64,000 bases of DNA from the human T2T-CHM13v2.0 reference genome, Homo sapiens. The translations under genes were made by a program, and so were the position numbers. Below, in pieces: positions 12,001 to 24,343 of the stretch (within the stretch, counting starts at the first letter, position 1; each line of letters opens with the position of its first letter). The stretch lies in the NCBI RefSeq assembly GCF_009914755.1, contig NC_060934.1; one strand, given 5' to 3'. A model generated the notes under the pieces. That model was not told where the DNA came from, searched no databases, and was given only the letters and a program-made list of their open reading frames with translations.

Positions 12001-13029
12001 AGAAATATTGTCATGTATATCTTTTAATTTTACTTATTATTTTATGTTGATAACCAAAAATTCATTAAGCTTTCGGTGTTATTTAGTTTGGATAAATAAT
12101 AAGGCATCTTTTGAATGTTATTCCTTATAACAAATGTAACTCACAGAACACACAGCCACATTTATCAAACCTAAATAAGCACTGGCTTTATTTGTGCCTT
12201 TTAAACAAAGTACTCTTTTACTACATCTATACTAAGACCCAGGTCACCAAAGTAGACCTAAATTGTTTAAATGTTGGTGGATCACTGTGGAAGCACAAAT
12301 TCTGCATTAGAATAGCAATACGGAAAAGCTGCTATGAGAATCAGGCCAGTGCCTATACAGATTGTTCTCTCTCTCTTCCTCTTTCTCTCTCTCTCCCTCT
12401 TAGGAATGGCTCATAATGAATGAGCTTTTTATGGAGGAAGAAAGTGGTGATTCTGATGAAGCTAATAAGGTATAATGTCCACATGATTTGTAGGTCATAA
12501 ACAGTAAGCTCAAATTATACTTAATTCAGAATTATTCAATCAATTAAGCCATGAGGGCTATGAATGACCCGATGGAAATAGAAGATAATTATTCTGTGAC
12601 ACCTAGATTAAAAAACACACTCACCTGAAATACTGAGGTATTAAGTCACACATTTTAGTCTTTTTCAAGAACACATATACTGTCTCAATTCCCCAGCTCA
12701 ATTTACACATGTGGAACACAATTCTAAATAACATTTGCACAGAATGTGACTTATACCATGGTTGACCTGGGATTCATAACCAGACTCACCTATTGGCTGA
12801 AGGGAATATTCTGAGCTTTGTCAAGATTAATAAAAGGGCTTTAGTGATGGTCAATTTATTTATTTTCCCAAATTAGATAAACTCACTTTTTATACCAACA
12901 ACTATTTCACTTATTTACAGTCTCCGAATAATGATGAATTTTTACATTCTAAAATGTTAGTAGGTTAACTAAATAGTCCTGATAGATAGAAGTGGGAGGA
13001 AGTAAAGAAAGAGAGGGTAATTAAATGTT

Positions 13030-13262
13030 GTAAATATCTCCTCTGTGCCAAATACTGGGGAAGAAGCTCTTATACATGTTAATCATTACAATACCACCAC
13101 AAGGTAGGAACTATAATTTCAGCTTTACAGATGAAGGAACTGAGGCTTGGGAAGCTACATAATTTGTCCCAAAATATGCAACTTGTAAATGTTAGAGCTG
13201 GAATTCTAATTGTATCTGTTTGATTCTAAATCCCTTGTTCATACCACTATATCCTCCTGCCT
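13030..13262 (-). mobile_element. MIR
   Basis: Core motif tttacagatgaaggaactgaggct. Confidence 0.8.
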
Positions 13263-13787
13263 CTCACTTCCTCTATGTCACATACTCTCCTTGTTGGTTA
13301 AGTTCAGCTCGTTAGTATAGGGTCAGTGGAAACAGATTTGTCTCTATTCCTACAAAACAGTGAGATATGGGTAAAAAGCCTGGTACAAATAACTCTAAGT
13401 CATAACAGACTAACAAAAAATATATATATGAAATTATCACAATGACAAATTTTCCTTTCAGACTACTTGACAAACAATATATCCTAGAAAAAAAGAGACC
13501 ACAACACTTGGAAACTAATTATCCAAATGTTGAACAGCTGACTATAAATCAAAGAAATTGCACATAACAAAAAGTAAAACATCTGTAAGAGGTTTTTAGT
13601 GCTTTCCAAAAGATTCCAAGTGTTGCTCAGATGTACAGTGACCCACTTCCTCTCGTGAAAAAGCATATCACCTAACCAAGGACATAGCAAAGAAAGAAAG
13701 AAAAATATCAGATTCAAATCTATCCAAAGTTGTGGCTTTCAATTCTAGGTAATCAGTAGGCTGAATAGTCTTGATGATAGTTCAGGC

Positions 13788-14009
13788 CAGGAGCTGGAAA
13801 ACTTCCTATAAAGGGCCAAATAGCAAATATGTTAGGCTTTGTGAGCTGCATGTTCTATGTGGAAACTACTAAGCTCTGGCCCTGTAGCATGAAAGCAGAC
13901 ATAGACAATGCATAAACAAAGAGGGTGGCTGTGTTCCAATAAAACTTTATTTACAAAATATAGGGGGGTGAGCCATATTTGGCCACAGGTTATAGTTTGC
14001 TGACCTCTG
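13788..14009 (+). mobile_element. MER58A (hAT-Charlie MITE)
   Basis: taaagggccaaatagcaaatat...ggctgtgttccaataaaactttatttacaaaa...tagtttgctgacctctg; degenerate 8-bp TSD gttcaggc/gcttaggc. Confidence 0.9.
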
Positions 14010-14844
14010 GCTTAGGCTATACTTCTTGCCTAGAGTAGGCATAGAGGAGATTCGGTTGAGTTAATGTCATTTACAAGACAATAGGCTATTGATGAGAAGG
14101 GAAGGAGCCAACATGGGGCTGGAAGGAAGATTACGGCATTGTAGTGATGCTAAAGTTAACAGGAAGGTCAGTCTCTTCAGAGAATCTGAAGGGAACTATA
14201 TAAATCTTACATGGACTGAAGAAAGAAGAAGATGACTCCTTTAATTTAAGGAATTCATTTTCCCCATTAGCAAAATGAAAGGCTGAAGTTGACCAATGGG
14301 TTCAAGAAAACTTTCTTCAGATTAAGTATTGTGGAGTCCCAGTATATAAAAGACATTAATCCACTATCAGTCTGATTAAAGCTGTAATGGGGAAGCTTTA
14401 TCTTACAAGATTGATCCTGAGTCAATTAAAACTCCCAAATCTCTCCCCAGGAAATCTGGACTTCACAGAGTGTAGGTCAACAAATATAAAGGCTCTTTCT
14501 AATTGTGACATTCTGACGTTCTATGATTATGTGATCTTTGTTCCTGCTTTTAAGTTATATCTACATATACCTTAAATATATACATAAAATATTCCTATTT
14601 TAAGATGTCATTATCTTTTGAGGGCATCTTCAGAGCAAATATATGTTAATCACTAGATTTCCCAAGAAGTAACTCAGCTGGTTAAATTTAACATAGTGTT
14701 ACTCTCTCTGTGTACAAAAAAATGCCCATATTTGCTCAATTATTCAAGCAAATTTTCTAGAAATTTAAAATAACACAATCCAATAGGCCTGGTCTAGGTG
14801 TCCACGTGAACTGATTAAATTTCAGATTTCACCCGTTTAGACCT

Positions 14845-15230
14845 TGTCTTTGTCTGTTTGGCTGCCATAATAAAATACCATAAATGGGGTGGCTTAAATA
14901 AAAAAAATTTATTTTCTTAACAGTTCTGGAGGCCGGGAGTCCAAGGTCAAGATCCCAGTATAATCAGTGTCTGGTGAGGGCTCTTTTCCTGGCTTGTTGA
15001 TAGCCACCTTTTCACTGTTTCCTCACATGGCAGTGGGTATGGGAGAGAGAGAGAGAGAAAACTCTCTGATATCTCTTCTTGTAAGGGCACTAATTTTGTC
15101 ATGAGGGTGAAGCTTTCATGACCTTATCCAAACCTAATAATCTCCCAAAGGCCCCATCTTCAAATACCATAATATTGGGGGTTAGGGCTTCAACATGTGA
15201 ATTTGTAACCTGTAAGATCAGTTCATAGCA
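14845..15230 (-). mobile_element. MLT1A0-like MaLR solo LTR
   Basis: ggctgccataataaaatacca...cagttctggaggc...ttagggcttcaacatgtgaattt...catagca; 5-bp TSD GACCT/GATCT. Confidence 0.85.
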
Positions 15231-15572
15231 GATCTTACAGGTTACAAAGAGAAGGTCTGAGGGGAAAAAAGAGATAACTTTCAACAATTGGTGTTGAGGA
15301 AAGAGATATTAGTTTTTCTCCCAAGGTGTTTATAGAAACCAGAAAATAGAATATTATCTTTTGCTTATCTCTATCTAGCTTACCATATGTTAAAACAATT
15401 TTGCTATCTTTATTATTTTTAACTCATTGAATTACTTCCTTCTAGTCAGATATTCAGGATAAGTTGTTTTTGGGTAACATTACTTGAAAGGCCAAAATAA
15501 AAATTAGATGTTGGAAATGTCACTGCTATACTTGGAATGGACACATTAATAGGAAACATTATCTTCAATTTC

Positions 15573-15706
15573 AAAAAAAAATTATAAATATTATTTTAAT
15601 TGACAAATCATAATTGTATATACTCATGAGATATAATGTGATGTTCTGATATATGTATACAGTGTAGAATGATTAAGATGGATATATTAATTAGCTTCAT
15701 TTAATC
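15573..15706 (-). mobile_element. Short L1MA-type 3'-end insertion with a 30-bp inverted 5' piece
   Basis: ttaattgacaaatcataattgtatat...gatatatgtatacagtgtagaatgattaa then the inverted continuation; TSD atcttcaatttc / atctttaatttc. Confidence 0.75.
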
Positions 15707-16949
15707 TTTAATTTCTTTTTGATTGACTAAATATAGGAAGACCTAATGAGGTATTTTTTCCTCCAAAATTACAGATTTGAATCGTGGCTCTCATGGTCTG
15801 CTTCAAGCAACAAGTATCTTGATTGTGTAGGTGTTTTGCAGAAGTTTCCCTTATATACTACTGGAAATTGAGTTATTTCTCTGAGACTGGAAAAGAGACT
15901 GACTCTAGGTTTTATAGAAGGGAAATACTGCCTAGGTAGTAACTGACTTTGGGTTTCCATCAGAGGTGGAAATTATCCTGCTAATAAGTTTTTATCTTTG
16001 GTGAATGCCTTGCTCCAGTTTCTAGCACAACACTGGGTACCAAAAAAAAGCAATCGGTATAGGCTTACCAGTGTTTTATTGTCAGGATAAAGTCTCTGAT
16101 CTGAGACTCAGGACCACGTGGGAAGATAACACACAGAAACATTGGATGGGTTGTTATAGCAATTGTTTTGTGACTAGAATAAGTTTGCTCCTCCAAGGAT
16201 AGTTCTGGTTGTTTTTCAAAAAGAAAGAGGCAGTGGGGGGTGGGGAGGGAGGAGAGAAGAGAGAGAGAGAGAGAGGCCATTTTGACCACATTTTGTCACA
16301 GATAGCTATGGCACTTTCTACAGCAGTTCCTTTTATATTTCATTCCCATAACACTAATAATAAAGTTTTCTTATTCCTCTTTTAAAACCTCACAATGCAT
16401 AATGCATAGTCACTGCAATTATTTCAAGAGATAGCATGTACTTGCATTTACCCCATTTTATCACCCACCTGAGGACACTATATTTCCTATTAGTGGTAGT
16501 GAACTTGATGCTATTATGTGTAATTTCTTCCAGATGAGCTGTAGCACTTAACTTTCTGCTTCAAAGTATTGAGTTGTGCTTAAAGCAAGCCTGGCTTCTA
16601 TACAGAGATTTCCCAGAGCAGAGAATTCAAGTCTAATTAAAACACATCACTTCCCCATCAATATTTTCTCTGTACCCAAATAGTGTCTTAAGAGGTAGAC
16701 AGGTATCAGATCAAGTCTGGAAATAATTTTTAGATTTTGAGTAGGCATTAATAATGACATCAACTTATAGAAATATAACAATAGTATGAGTGAACTAAAA
16801 ATAATTCATAGAATAATGATTTTTTAAGTTGCAATTTAGGACTTTTTGACTCTCTGCTTCATTGCACTTTCATAATCCCCTTTAAGTTCTTCCTCTTATG
16901 TTGAAAACAGATATGTGAATTTAAAAGATATTTTTTGGAATTTAGTGCC

Positions 16950-17500
16950 AACCACAGGCCTACCATGTGCCCATATATTAGACAAGTTATGTAGTTTATT
17001 TCTAGTCCTCACAACTCCAAGAAAAAAAGTATTACAGATATGCATTCCCTTATTCAAAACCTTTGGAGGCAGATGTATTCCAGAATTCAGAATTGTTTGA
17101 ATTTTTAAAGATAATAAGGTGCATATACAGCATGTTCTGTAACCAAATAGGGTCTGGTGTAGCATTTCGGAGGCAAATAAAAAAATATTTGCACTGAAAT
17201 ATAAAAGTTCTCAAAGTGAGATTTAAAAAAAAAAACAGCAGCAAAAATGGCCTCATATCAGATTTTGTCACCAAAAACACTTGCTACACATTTGCAAAAA
17301 ATAAAAAAAGATTTTGCAGGTTTTTCTGATTTTGTATTTGTGAATTAAAAATTGTAGATGAGAGAGATTAAATAACTTGCTCAAAGTTATGCAGCCATCT
17401 TAAACACAAGAAATATACATGGAAATGTTTGAACAGCCAGAATACAGTTGGGTTGGACTCAAACTTGGGACCATTTGTCTCAAAAGTCTATGTTCTAATA
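16950..17500 (-). mobile_element. MIR interrupted by MER46C and a 43-bp templated insertion
   Basis: tcctcacaac...|...gagagattaaataacttgctcaaagttatgcagcc...ggactcaaact. Confidence 0.65.
17035..17354. mobile_element. MER46C-like Tigger MITE
   Basis: cattcccttattcaaaacctttggaggcagatgtattccagaattcagaatt; TA at both ends. Confidence 0.6.
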
Positions 17501-17899
17501 GATGAAAAGAATGAGGCATGCCAAATGACCTTGGGGAAGGAAACACAGAAAAAAATAGGGATCAGACAAGAGAAGGAATGGTAGGTAACTATAACATGAG
17601 CTCCCCAAAGTAGGCAGAGAGATAATGAAAGCAGCCATAAGAGAAGGACTATGAGCTGAATGGGAAGAAGAGAATATGGTGCTGAAGCTCAATGTACTCA
17701 CATGGAAAAGATGAGAACAAGTGGATTCTGAACAGACTGCAGTATGGCATAAACCTGCCCATTGTACCAAAATGATTTCCAATTGCCATAGCTCCTGGCT
17801 ATTTATTAAAATATATTTAAACAATGCCTACCATGTACCAAGCACTGGGGATAAAGCCACGAAAAAGACTGGCTTGTCTCTGCACTTCTGGCCCCAATA

Positions 17900-18060
17900 A
17901 TTATTAGCTGTGTGACCTTAGCAAAGTTATTCAACCACTCTATGCAGCAATCAGTTCATTTGTAAAATAAAGGTAATAATATCTACGTCACAAATATTAA
18001 ATGGTGAGAATTAAATTGTATAGTGCATGTAAAGAGCTTAACACAGTGCCTAGCACAAAA
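17900..18060 (+). mobile_element. MIR
   Basis: tagctgtgtgaccttagcaaagttattcaacc...tttgtaaaataaagg...agcttaacacagtgcctagcac. Confidence 0.8.
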
Positions 18061-19389
18061 GATACATAGTATACCTTTTAGTATACTATAATAGTATAGG
18101 TATACCTTTGGTAAAGTATAATAGTCAATATTATTATAGGTATTTTATTCTTCAAGACAATTGACTTCTCCAACCAAAGGAAAACAATACACATTCTGAG
18201 AATATGTGCAGATAACAAATCAGAGTACAAAGTACCAAATTCTGGACAAATGTAATTGCTGTTCAATCAGCAACCCTGGTGAGTTTGCTCTATTTTTGGC
18301 TTCAGCACTAACTTGTTGTGCTACCCTGAATGAGTCATTAATAACATCTGCTTCCCCTTCTGTGAATTGTCTTCTGCTCTTTAACTCAAGGGTATTAAAG
18401 GAGGCTTTGGGGATAAATGAAGGAGAAATTATTGCTCCAGCTAATATGCTGCTCCAAAGAGAACTCTTTTGAACTTGTTGATTAGAAGATAGGAGAAGTA
18501 CACACAGAAAGAAAAAAAGCTTTTCTTGCATGCTTATACCTGAATGAATTCCATCTGTATGGATGACCAGTGTAAGCAGAAGGATTCTGAACAATATTGC
18601 TTTTCTCAATTCTGCCATAAATACTCATTGAAAAATGCTGTGGTCATTTGAATACAACTGTTATTCTCTCTCATGCCCAAAATTTAAACTTGCTAAGAGA
18701 ACTGATCTATTGCAGTTGCTTTTATAATATAGATTTATAATCCAAATGACAGTCATTTGTTTCTGGCAACAGTCAGCTGCTCAGGGGTTATCAATAATAT
18801 GTTTTATTGACAATCACATTCTCAGAAAACCACCAATTGTGCTTTGCCTACCTATATGATGGAGTCATGCACAGGAAAAGAGTCAAGACCTAGGATATAT
18901 GCAATGCCTTGGGTGAACAATTGGGAAAGTAGCTGAAAGGAGATAATTAATTGAAGGTACAGTGTTTACTTATATATTTGCTGTAAATTATTAGATGTAG
19001 AGAATCGATGTTTAAACCTCAAGTAGAAAGCAGCCATCTTAAACACAAGAAATATACATGGAAATGTTTGAATCATATAACTGTGGCACCCTATGATCTA
19101 TGGGATATAATTCCTAAGGTTTTAGGGCAATAACCAAGGAGCACAAAACATTCTCATTTGTTTAGAATGGAAATGGAAAACTAAAGTCATGCAACAATAG
19201 CTTAGTGAATAGATCTAACATCTCCCCTCCAAGTATAGATACTCTAGGTCAGAATTTTCTCATCTTCCAATCATTCTCCAGTTTTGTTTAACCACTTGCA
19301 GTTTAAAGAAAACCCTGCTGAGAATTCTCTTTCAGTCTTTGTCATTTTGTTCACTTTGCATAGAACACTTTCTTCATTCTTCCTTCTCT

Positions 19390-19672
19390 TGATGTCCTGG
19401 TTAACTCATACTTTCTGTCTCAGATTATTTGTCACTCTGTCTGGGAAAGCTTCCATGTCCTCCTAAGTGCCTCTCTCTTGTGCTCACATAGCACTTCTTC
19501 CTCTGCATGGTAAAATTGTCTCTACTTGTCTGTATCTTCCACTTGACAAAAAGAAAATTGAAGAGAGAAGCTTAGTCATAGTTACAGTTGAGTTCTGAGA
19601 GTCTATCTCAGTTCTAGTCACGTAACAGACACTTACTACTTATCTGCAGGATAGTGACTGAATAAATAAATG
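19390..19672 (+). mobile_element. L2 3' end
   Basis: gtcactctgtctgggaaagcttcc...tgtctgtatcttccact...tgaataaataaatga. Confidence 0.6.
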
Positions 19673-20589
19673 AGGCTACTTGGATAAAATAAATCAAAGG
19701 GCTGTTAATTTTCTAGTTTATTGTATCAATGTATATCAACACCACAATAAAAACTTAGAATGGGCAATATTAAGAATGAATGCTTAAGGAGTTTACAGCC
19801 ATCCAGAGAGCTGGAAGCTCTAGACCATTGTGAGATTCTAACTCTAGTTCAGAGTTTAAGTATGGCTATAACCTCAGTGATAGAAAAACATGTCTTGGCA
19901 GCTTATGGGTGGTTTTGTTGATGAGAATGAATAGAATGAGAAATGGAAATCTCATTAAGCTTGAAAGTATTTTTAGCTGGAGAACATTGACATTAGACTG
20001 TCAGAAAACCAAATGGAAGTAAATTATGATGAACAGTAAATATGTTAGCGAAAATGGTCAAGTGGGATCATGACTCAAAGAAGTGCCTACAATTTTTACC
20101 CAATCACAGCCTGGTTGCCCAGCAACCACTCTATGGGAGTTGCATGCATGATGACATATTAGATCCTAATCTCAGAAGTAGATTGACAAGCCAAATCATT
20201 AAGTCTTGCAGTCCGGCCTGGGTTAGTTCTATCACCTTATTAAATTCTGAATAAAACTCAACCTCTGCCTACACAAAAGGTAAGGTCTGTCAAAAGAGTA
20301 CACAATTGCCATGGGTACCCTGAAAATCCTTGGATATCTTTAGAATAGAATAATTTAATATGTATACAAATTGGATTGCCTGTGTGCCATCCCAGACCCT
20401 TTCCGTTGTACCAGATGGTGTGTCAGTAATAGAAGGTAAAACCTAGGCTTGTTTCAGGAGAAAGAGAAAGAAGATGTATGTTTTCCATGCAATTTGAGTT
20501 TCATCTTCCTTCTGACTTCTCACTTTTACTACCTAATCCAAAATACAAAGAAAACAGCAAACTGTAAAGCCAATATTTCTATTAATATT

Positions 20590-21740
20590 TTCTATTAAGC
20601 AATAGGAGAAAAGAACACCTTAACAGAAAATAGACAAAAGGACATCAACAAATCTAGATACAAAATGAGAAAACAAATGAATAAGTGAATGCATAAAATC
20701 AAGTTAACACTTGTTAAAGATTAACATATGCCAGACATTCTTATATGTACTTGGGTTAATACACTGTTTACTCATATGACTTAGTTTTATGAGATAGATA
20801 CTATTAATATCATCTTCAATTTTCAGGTAAAAAAAAAAAACTAAAGCACAGAACATTTAAGTAATTTTCTACAAGTTAAATATCTAGTAAGGGCCAAAAT
20901 CTGGATTCTAACCAAACTGCATGACTCCAAAGACCTCATTCTCAACTAAGCAATACTGTCTTTCAAGAAGAAACGAAGGAGCCAATAAGCATATCAAAAG
21001 TGCTTCTATCACTAGTAATCAAAGAATTACAAATCAAACCAAACAAATGGCAACCTATTATTCACCAATTCACCTATTATTTCAAACAATAATAAAATTC
21101 AGTGTAGCATTTAATGTAGGAAATTGCTATTTTACTCCCAATTTTTTGTTTAATGGTTATCACCAAGGAATGACAAAAAAATCGGAAGTGTAATGGTTAT
21201 TCTCCATATTAATCAGCTGTATGTACACTTTGAGTGAATAATAGAGTTTTTGTATTTTTTTTCTTGGATCCTATGTACTATGCATTAGGTGGCTTTGGAA
21301 AACATACTCTTTGACCTACTCTAAGAAGTATTTCTAAAGAAATAATGAGAATCTCAGGCAATCATAAACATTAAAAAATATTCACTAAAACATCATTTAG
21401 CACTGTAAAAAATTGAAAGTAATCCCAAAATTGGGAGATGGTTATGTAACTATTAAAGAATATCTAAAGAATTAATAATGAAATAAAAAAACACTGTAAC
21501 AAGAAGAAATTAGCATAATGTGAAGCTGTGTGTATTGAATGACCCCAATATAATATATCCCCACATATACAAATATTTTCTACAGATAGAGATAAAGAGA
21601 GGAGGAAAGGGAGAAAAAGAAGTTTCCTATGAAATATATTAACCATGATTACTTTGTTTTGGATGATAAAATTATTTGTTTTTATTCTTAAATTTTATAT
21701 ATAAAATTTTGTATATATTATTTATAATGCAAAATAATTT
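20590..21740 (+). mobile_element. Very old L1ME 3' fragments with an antisense MIR (about 20720-20965) inside
   Basis: aaatagacaaaaggacatcaaca; tcactagtaatcaaagaattacaaat; MIR core ttttcaggtaaaaaa..ctaaagcacaga. Confidence 0.5.
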
Positions 21741-22264
21741 AAAAAATTAAAATTTGTGCTACCCTGTAATTATTCTCTTTGAACCTGACTTAGATGATCA
21801 GCCAGAAAGCTAATCTAGAGATGAATTATCCTCAATTGTTAATGCTATCCAGTGGCTCAATATGTTTACTACTCTCATTTAATACTTTAGTTAAAATAAA
21901 TATCTTCAACTTCTTAAAGCAGAGGAGAGAATGTTTTAAAAATCCTTAAAATTAAAATAAATCCTTAAAGCAACATAGTGCTTTATGGTTTACAAAATCC
22001 TTTCCCAGGAAATACAAAACTCATTTGACCCCAAAACAACTTTTGAGGAGGCAAGTTATAATATTAAAAGTTAAGAAAATGAGCAGACTTCACTGTTAGA
22101 TGCCTGAGGCCACATTCATCTTCTTTATATCCAGCACTGAACTAAGCAAATGAGAAGTTTGCCTAGCCAGGATCACACTTTTCATTAAGCTATCAGAATA
22201 ATCATGTGGTCATTCTGTGAGGGATACAACAGAGAGGGAGAATTTCCACCTTTCTGATGTAGAA

Positions 22265-22500
22265 AAGCAGCATAGAGCACATAAGCTTTCACACAGACTA
22301 CTCTTGGGATTATATGCATAGCCACCTGATCACTCCATGACCTTTGCAAGTTACTTAAGTCTTCTAAGCCTTAGTCTTCTCGTCTGTAAAACAAGAATAA
22401 TAACGCTCACATCTATATTGCTATAATAAAGATTAAATAAGATGAGATATGTAATATGCACTTGGTGCCACATGAAATCATGCATAGCAGTTATTGCTCA
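22265..22500 (+). mobile_element. MIR
   Basis: catgacctttgcaagttacttaagtcttctaagccttagtcttctcgtctgtaaaa. Confidence 0.75.
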
Positions 22501-24009
22501 GTCTGCCTCCTACTTCCATCCCACTCACCACCTCATTGATGCCTGGGCACAGCCTTAATTTAAGCCTGCCCTTTTTCCTTCTGTATTCAAGAGGGCACTG
22601 AGTTAAGCACCATTCTGTGAAGAAGTAAAATAAAGAACAATTGGTATAAATCTTTAAAATGCCCATTTTCTCTAGATATCTTATAACTCTAGACATTTGC
22701 TGAAAAGTGTTCAAATTAATATAACCCATTAAATCTCTTTTGATGGTAAAAATAAGAAGCTATTTAAATAATGTATCATTCAGTCATATGCTCAGCTTAG
22801 AGACTGTTAACTGAATAAAATGTAATTTTGACTGCATGCGACCAAGGCCTTTTTAAAGCTTTCATTTTTATTATTTTCTTTTTAAACATAGAACATCTGG
22901 CTTGAAGATATGCAACAGGAAAATGCACATATATTTTATCTTGTCATTCAGAGGGCTTTATCCTAAGTCTGAAAGCTTTTGGCTAGAGTGCAAAAACACT
23001 AGAGACCCATGTTGAATAGCAAGAGAAACTGAAAGGATTTCAACTCATCTTTGGTTCCAGTAGCTGGCAGGAGGTACCTTTCTGAATTGATTTTTCAAAT
23101 GCATATAAGTCATTAAGCTTGCAGATTTTTAACCTTTCCAGTAGAGTATTAATAAACCTTCTGAAAAAATGAGACTTTTGAAAAATCTTAAGTCATTTAG
23201 ATTCTCACCCTAAAAGAGGAGAGTCTAGAGACATTGACAGCAATCTTAATGGAATAAGGGTTCCCAAATAAACTTTGGATATAAGGCCAATTCTTAACTA
23301 CTTGTATGAATAAAGAGGAGAGACCCAGGAAAGGCCTCATTTGAGCAACTCCCTACCGCAAAACTCTTGCCAGCAAGTTCCAAAATTGGGCTCTTTTGGT
23401 TACCTCATCCCTTCCCACATCCCCACATCTGCTTGCCTTGTATGTAGTAGGAATGTTTAAATGAGATATTTATGTCAAATAACTACAAGGAGAGGCCAAG
23501 GGGTGATTAATAGCTCAAAAGAACCAATCATTTAATGGCCAAATGCCACTAAATCAGAGTACCTGTGGTCAGCATGGCTGGTTAAAGCCCTCTGGTGCCT
23601 TGTCCTGGTTCATTCAAACTGAAATGATTCTAAATCATAAGATTAAATGTGATAAAGTTCAGCAATATTCTCATTTTGTCCTTCATGATCATGTTTTTCT
23701 TTTCATTTGAGAGATCTAATATTAAATGATAAACATCTACTTTTTCTCATTTATTTTGTGGTTGTCCTTGCTGGTGCCCTGAGCATAAGTTTGGTCTACA
23801 TGTTGGATTATCAAGTACTGAAAAAAATAATTATTTTTCAAAGACTTCAATTGTACTAACTGTGTTCTAGGGAAACAAATTTTTATGATTTATAAACAAT
23901 TTGTTGTGTTTTTTTCTCTTATTTGTTCTTCACATCTCAGAGCATTGAATAATAGTGCTGTGAACTTACATTAAATATTTTATATAAAAGCATATAAAAT
24001 ATACAATAT

Positions 24010-24343
24010 TATCTTACTCCATTTTGTGCTGATAGAACACCTGAGACTGGGTAACCTATAACAAACAAGTTATCGGCTCACAGTTTTGGAGACTGGGAAG
24101 TCTAATATCAATGTACTGGCATCTGGTGAGGGCCTTCTTGCTGCATCATCACATGGCAGAAGATGGGAGGGTGACAGCAAGAAAAAAACAGCCTCACCCT
24201 TTTATAATGGCACCAATCCAACCTTTAAGGCAGGAGTCCTCGTGGCCTAATCACCTCTTAAAAATTCTACCTCTTACTACTGTCACAATGGCAGTTACAT
24301 TTCAACATAGGTTTTGAAATGGACAAATATTCAAACCATAGTA
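24010..24343 (-). mobile_element. MSTC/MSTD-like MaLR solo LTR
   Basis: cacctgagactgggtaa...ggctcacagttttggagactgggaagtc...ttcaaaccatagta; 5-bp TSD AATAT. Confidence 0.85.

Noticed and set aside
12610-12800. Further minus-strand donor-like words (ttcag|gtgagt near 12623; tag|gtgagt near 12789)
   Set aside because: No convincing pyrimidine tract or partner acceptor; expected by chance.
16234-16255. G-rich run as a G-quadruplex
   Set aside because: Only three clearly separated GGG tracts; marginal and isolated.
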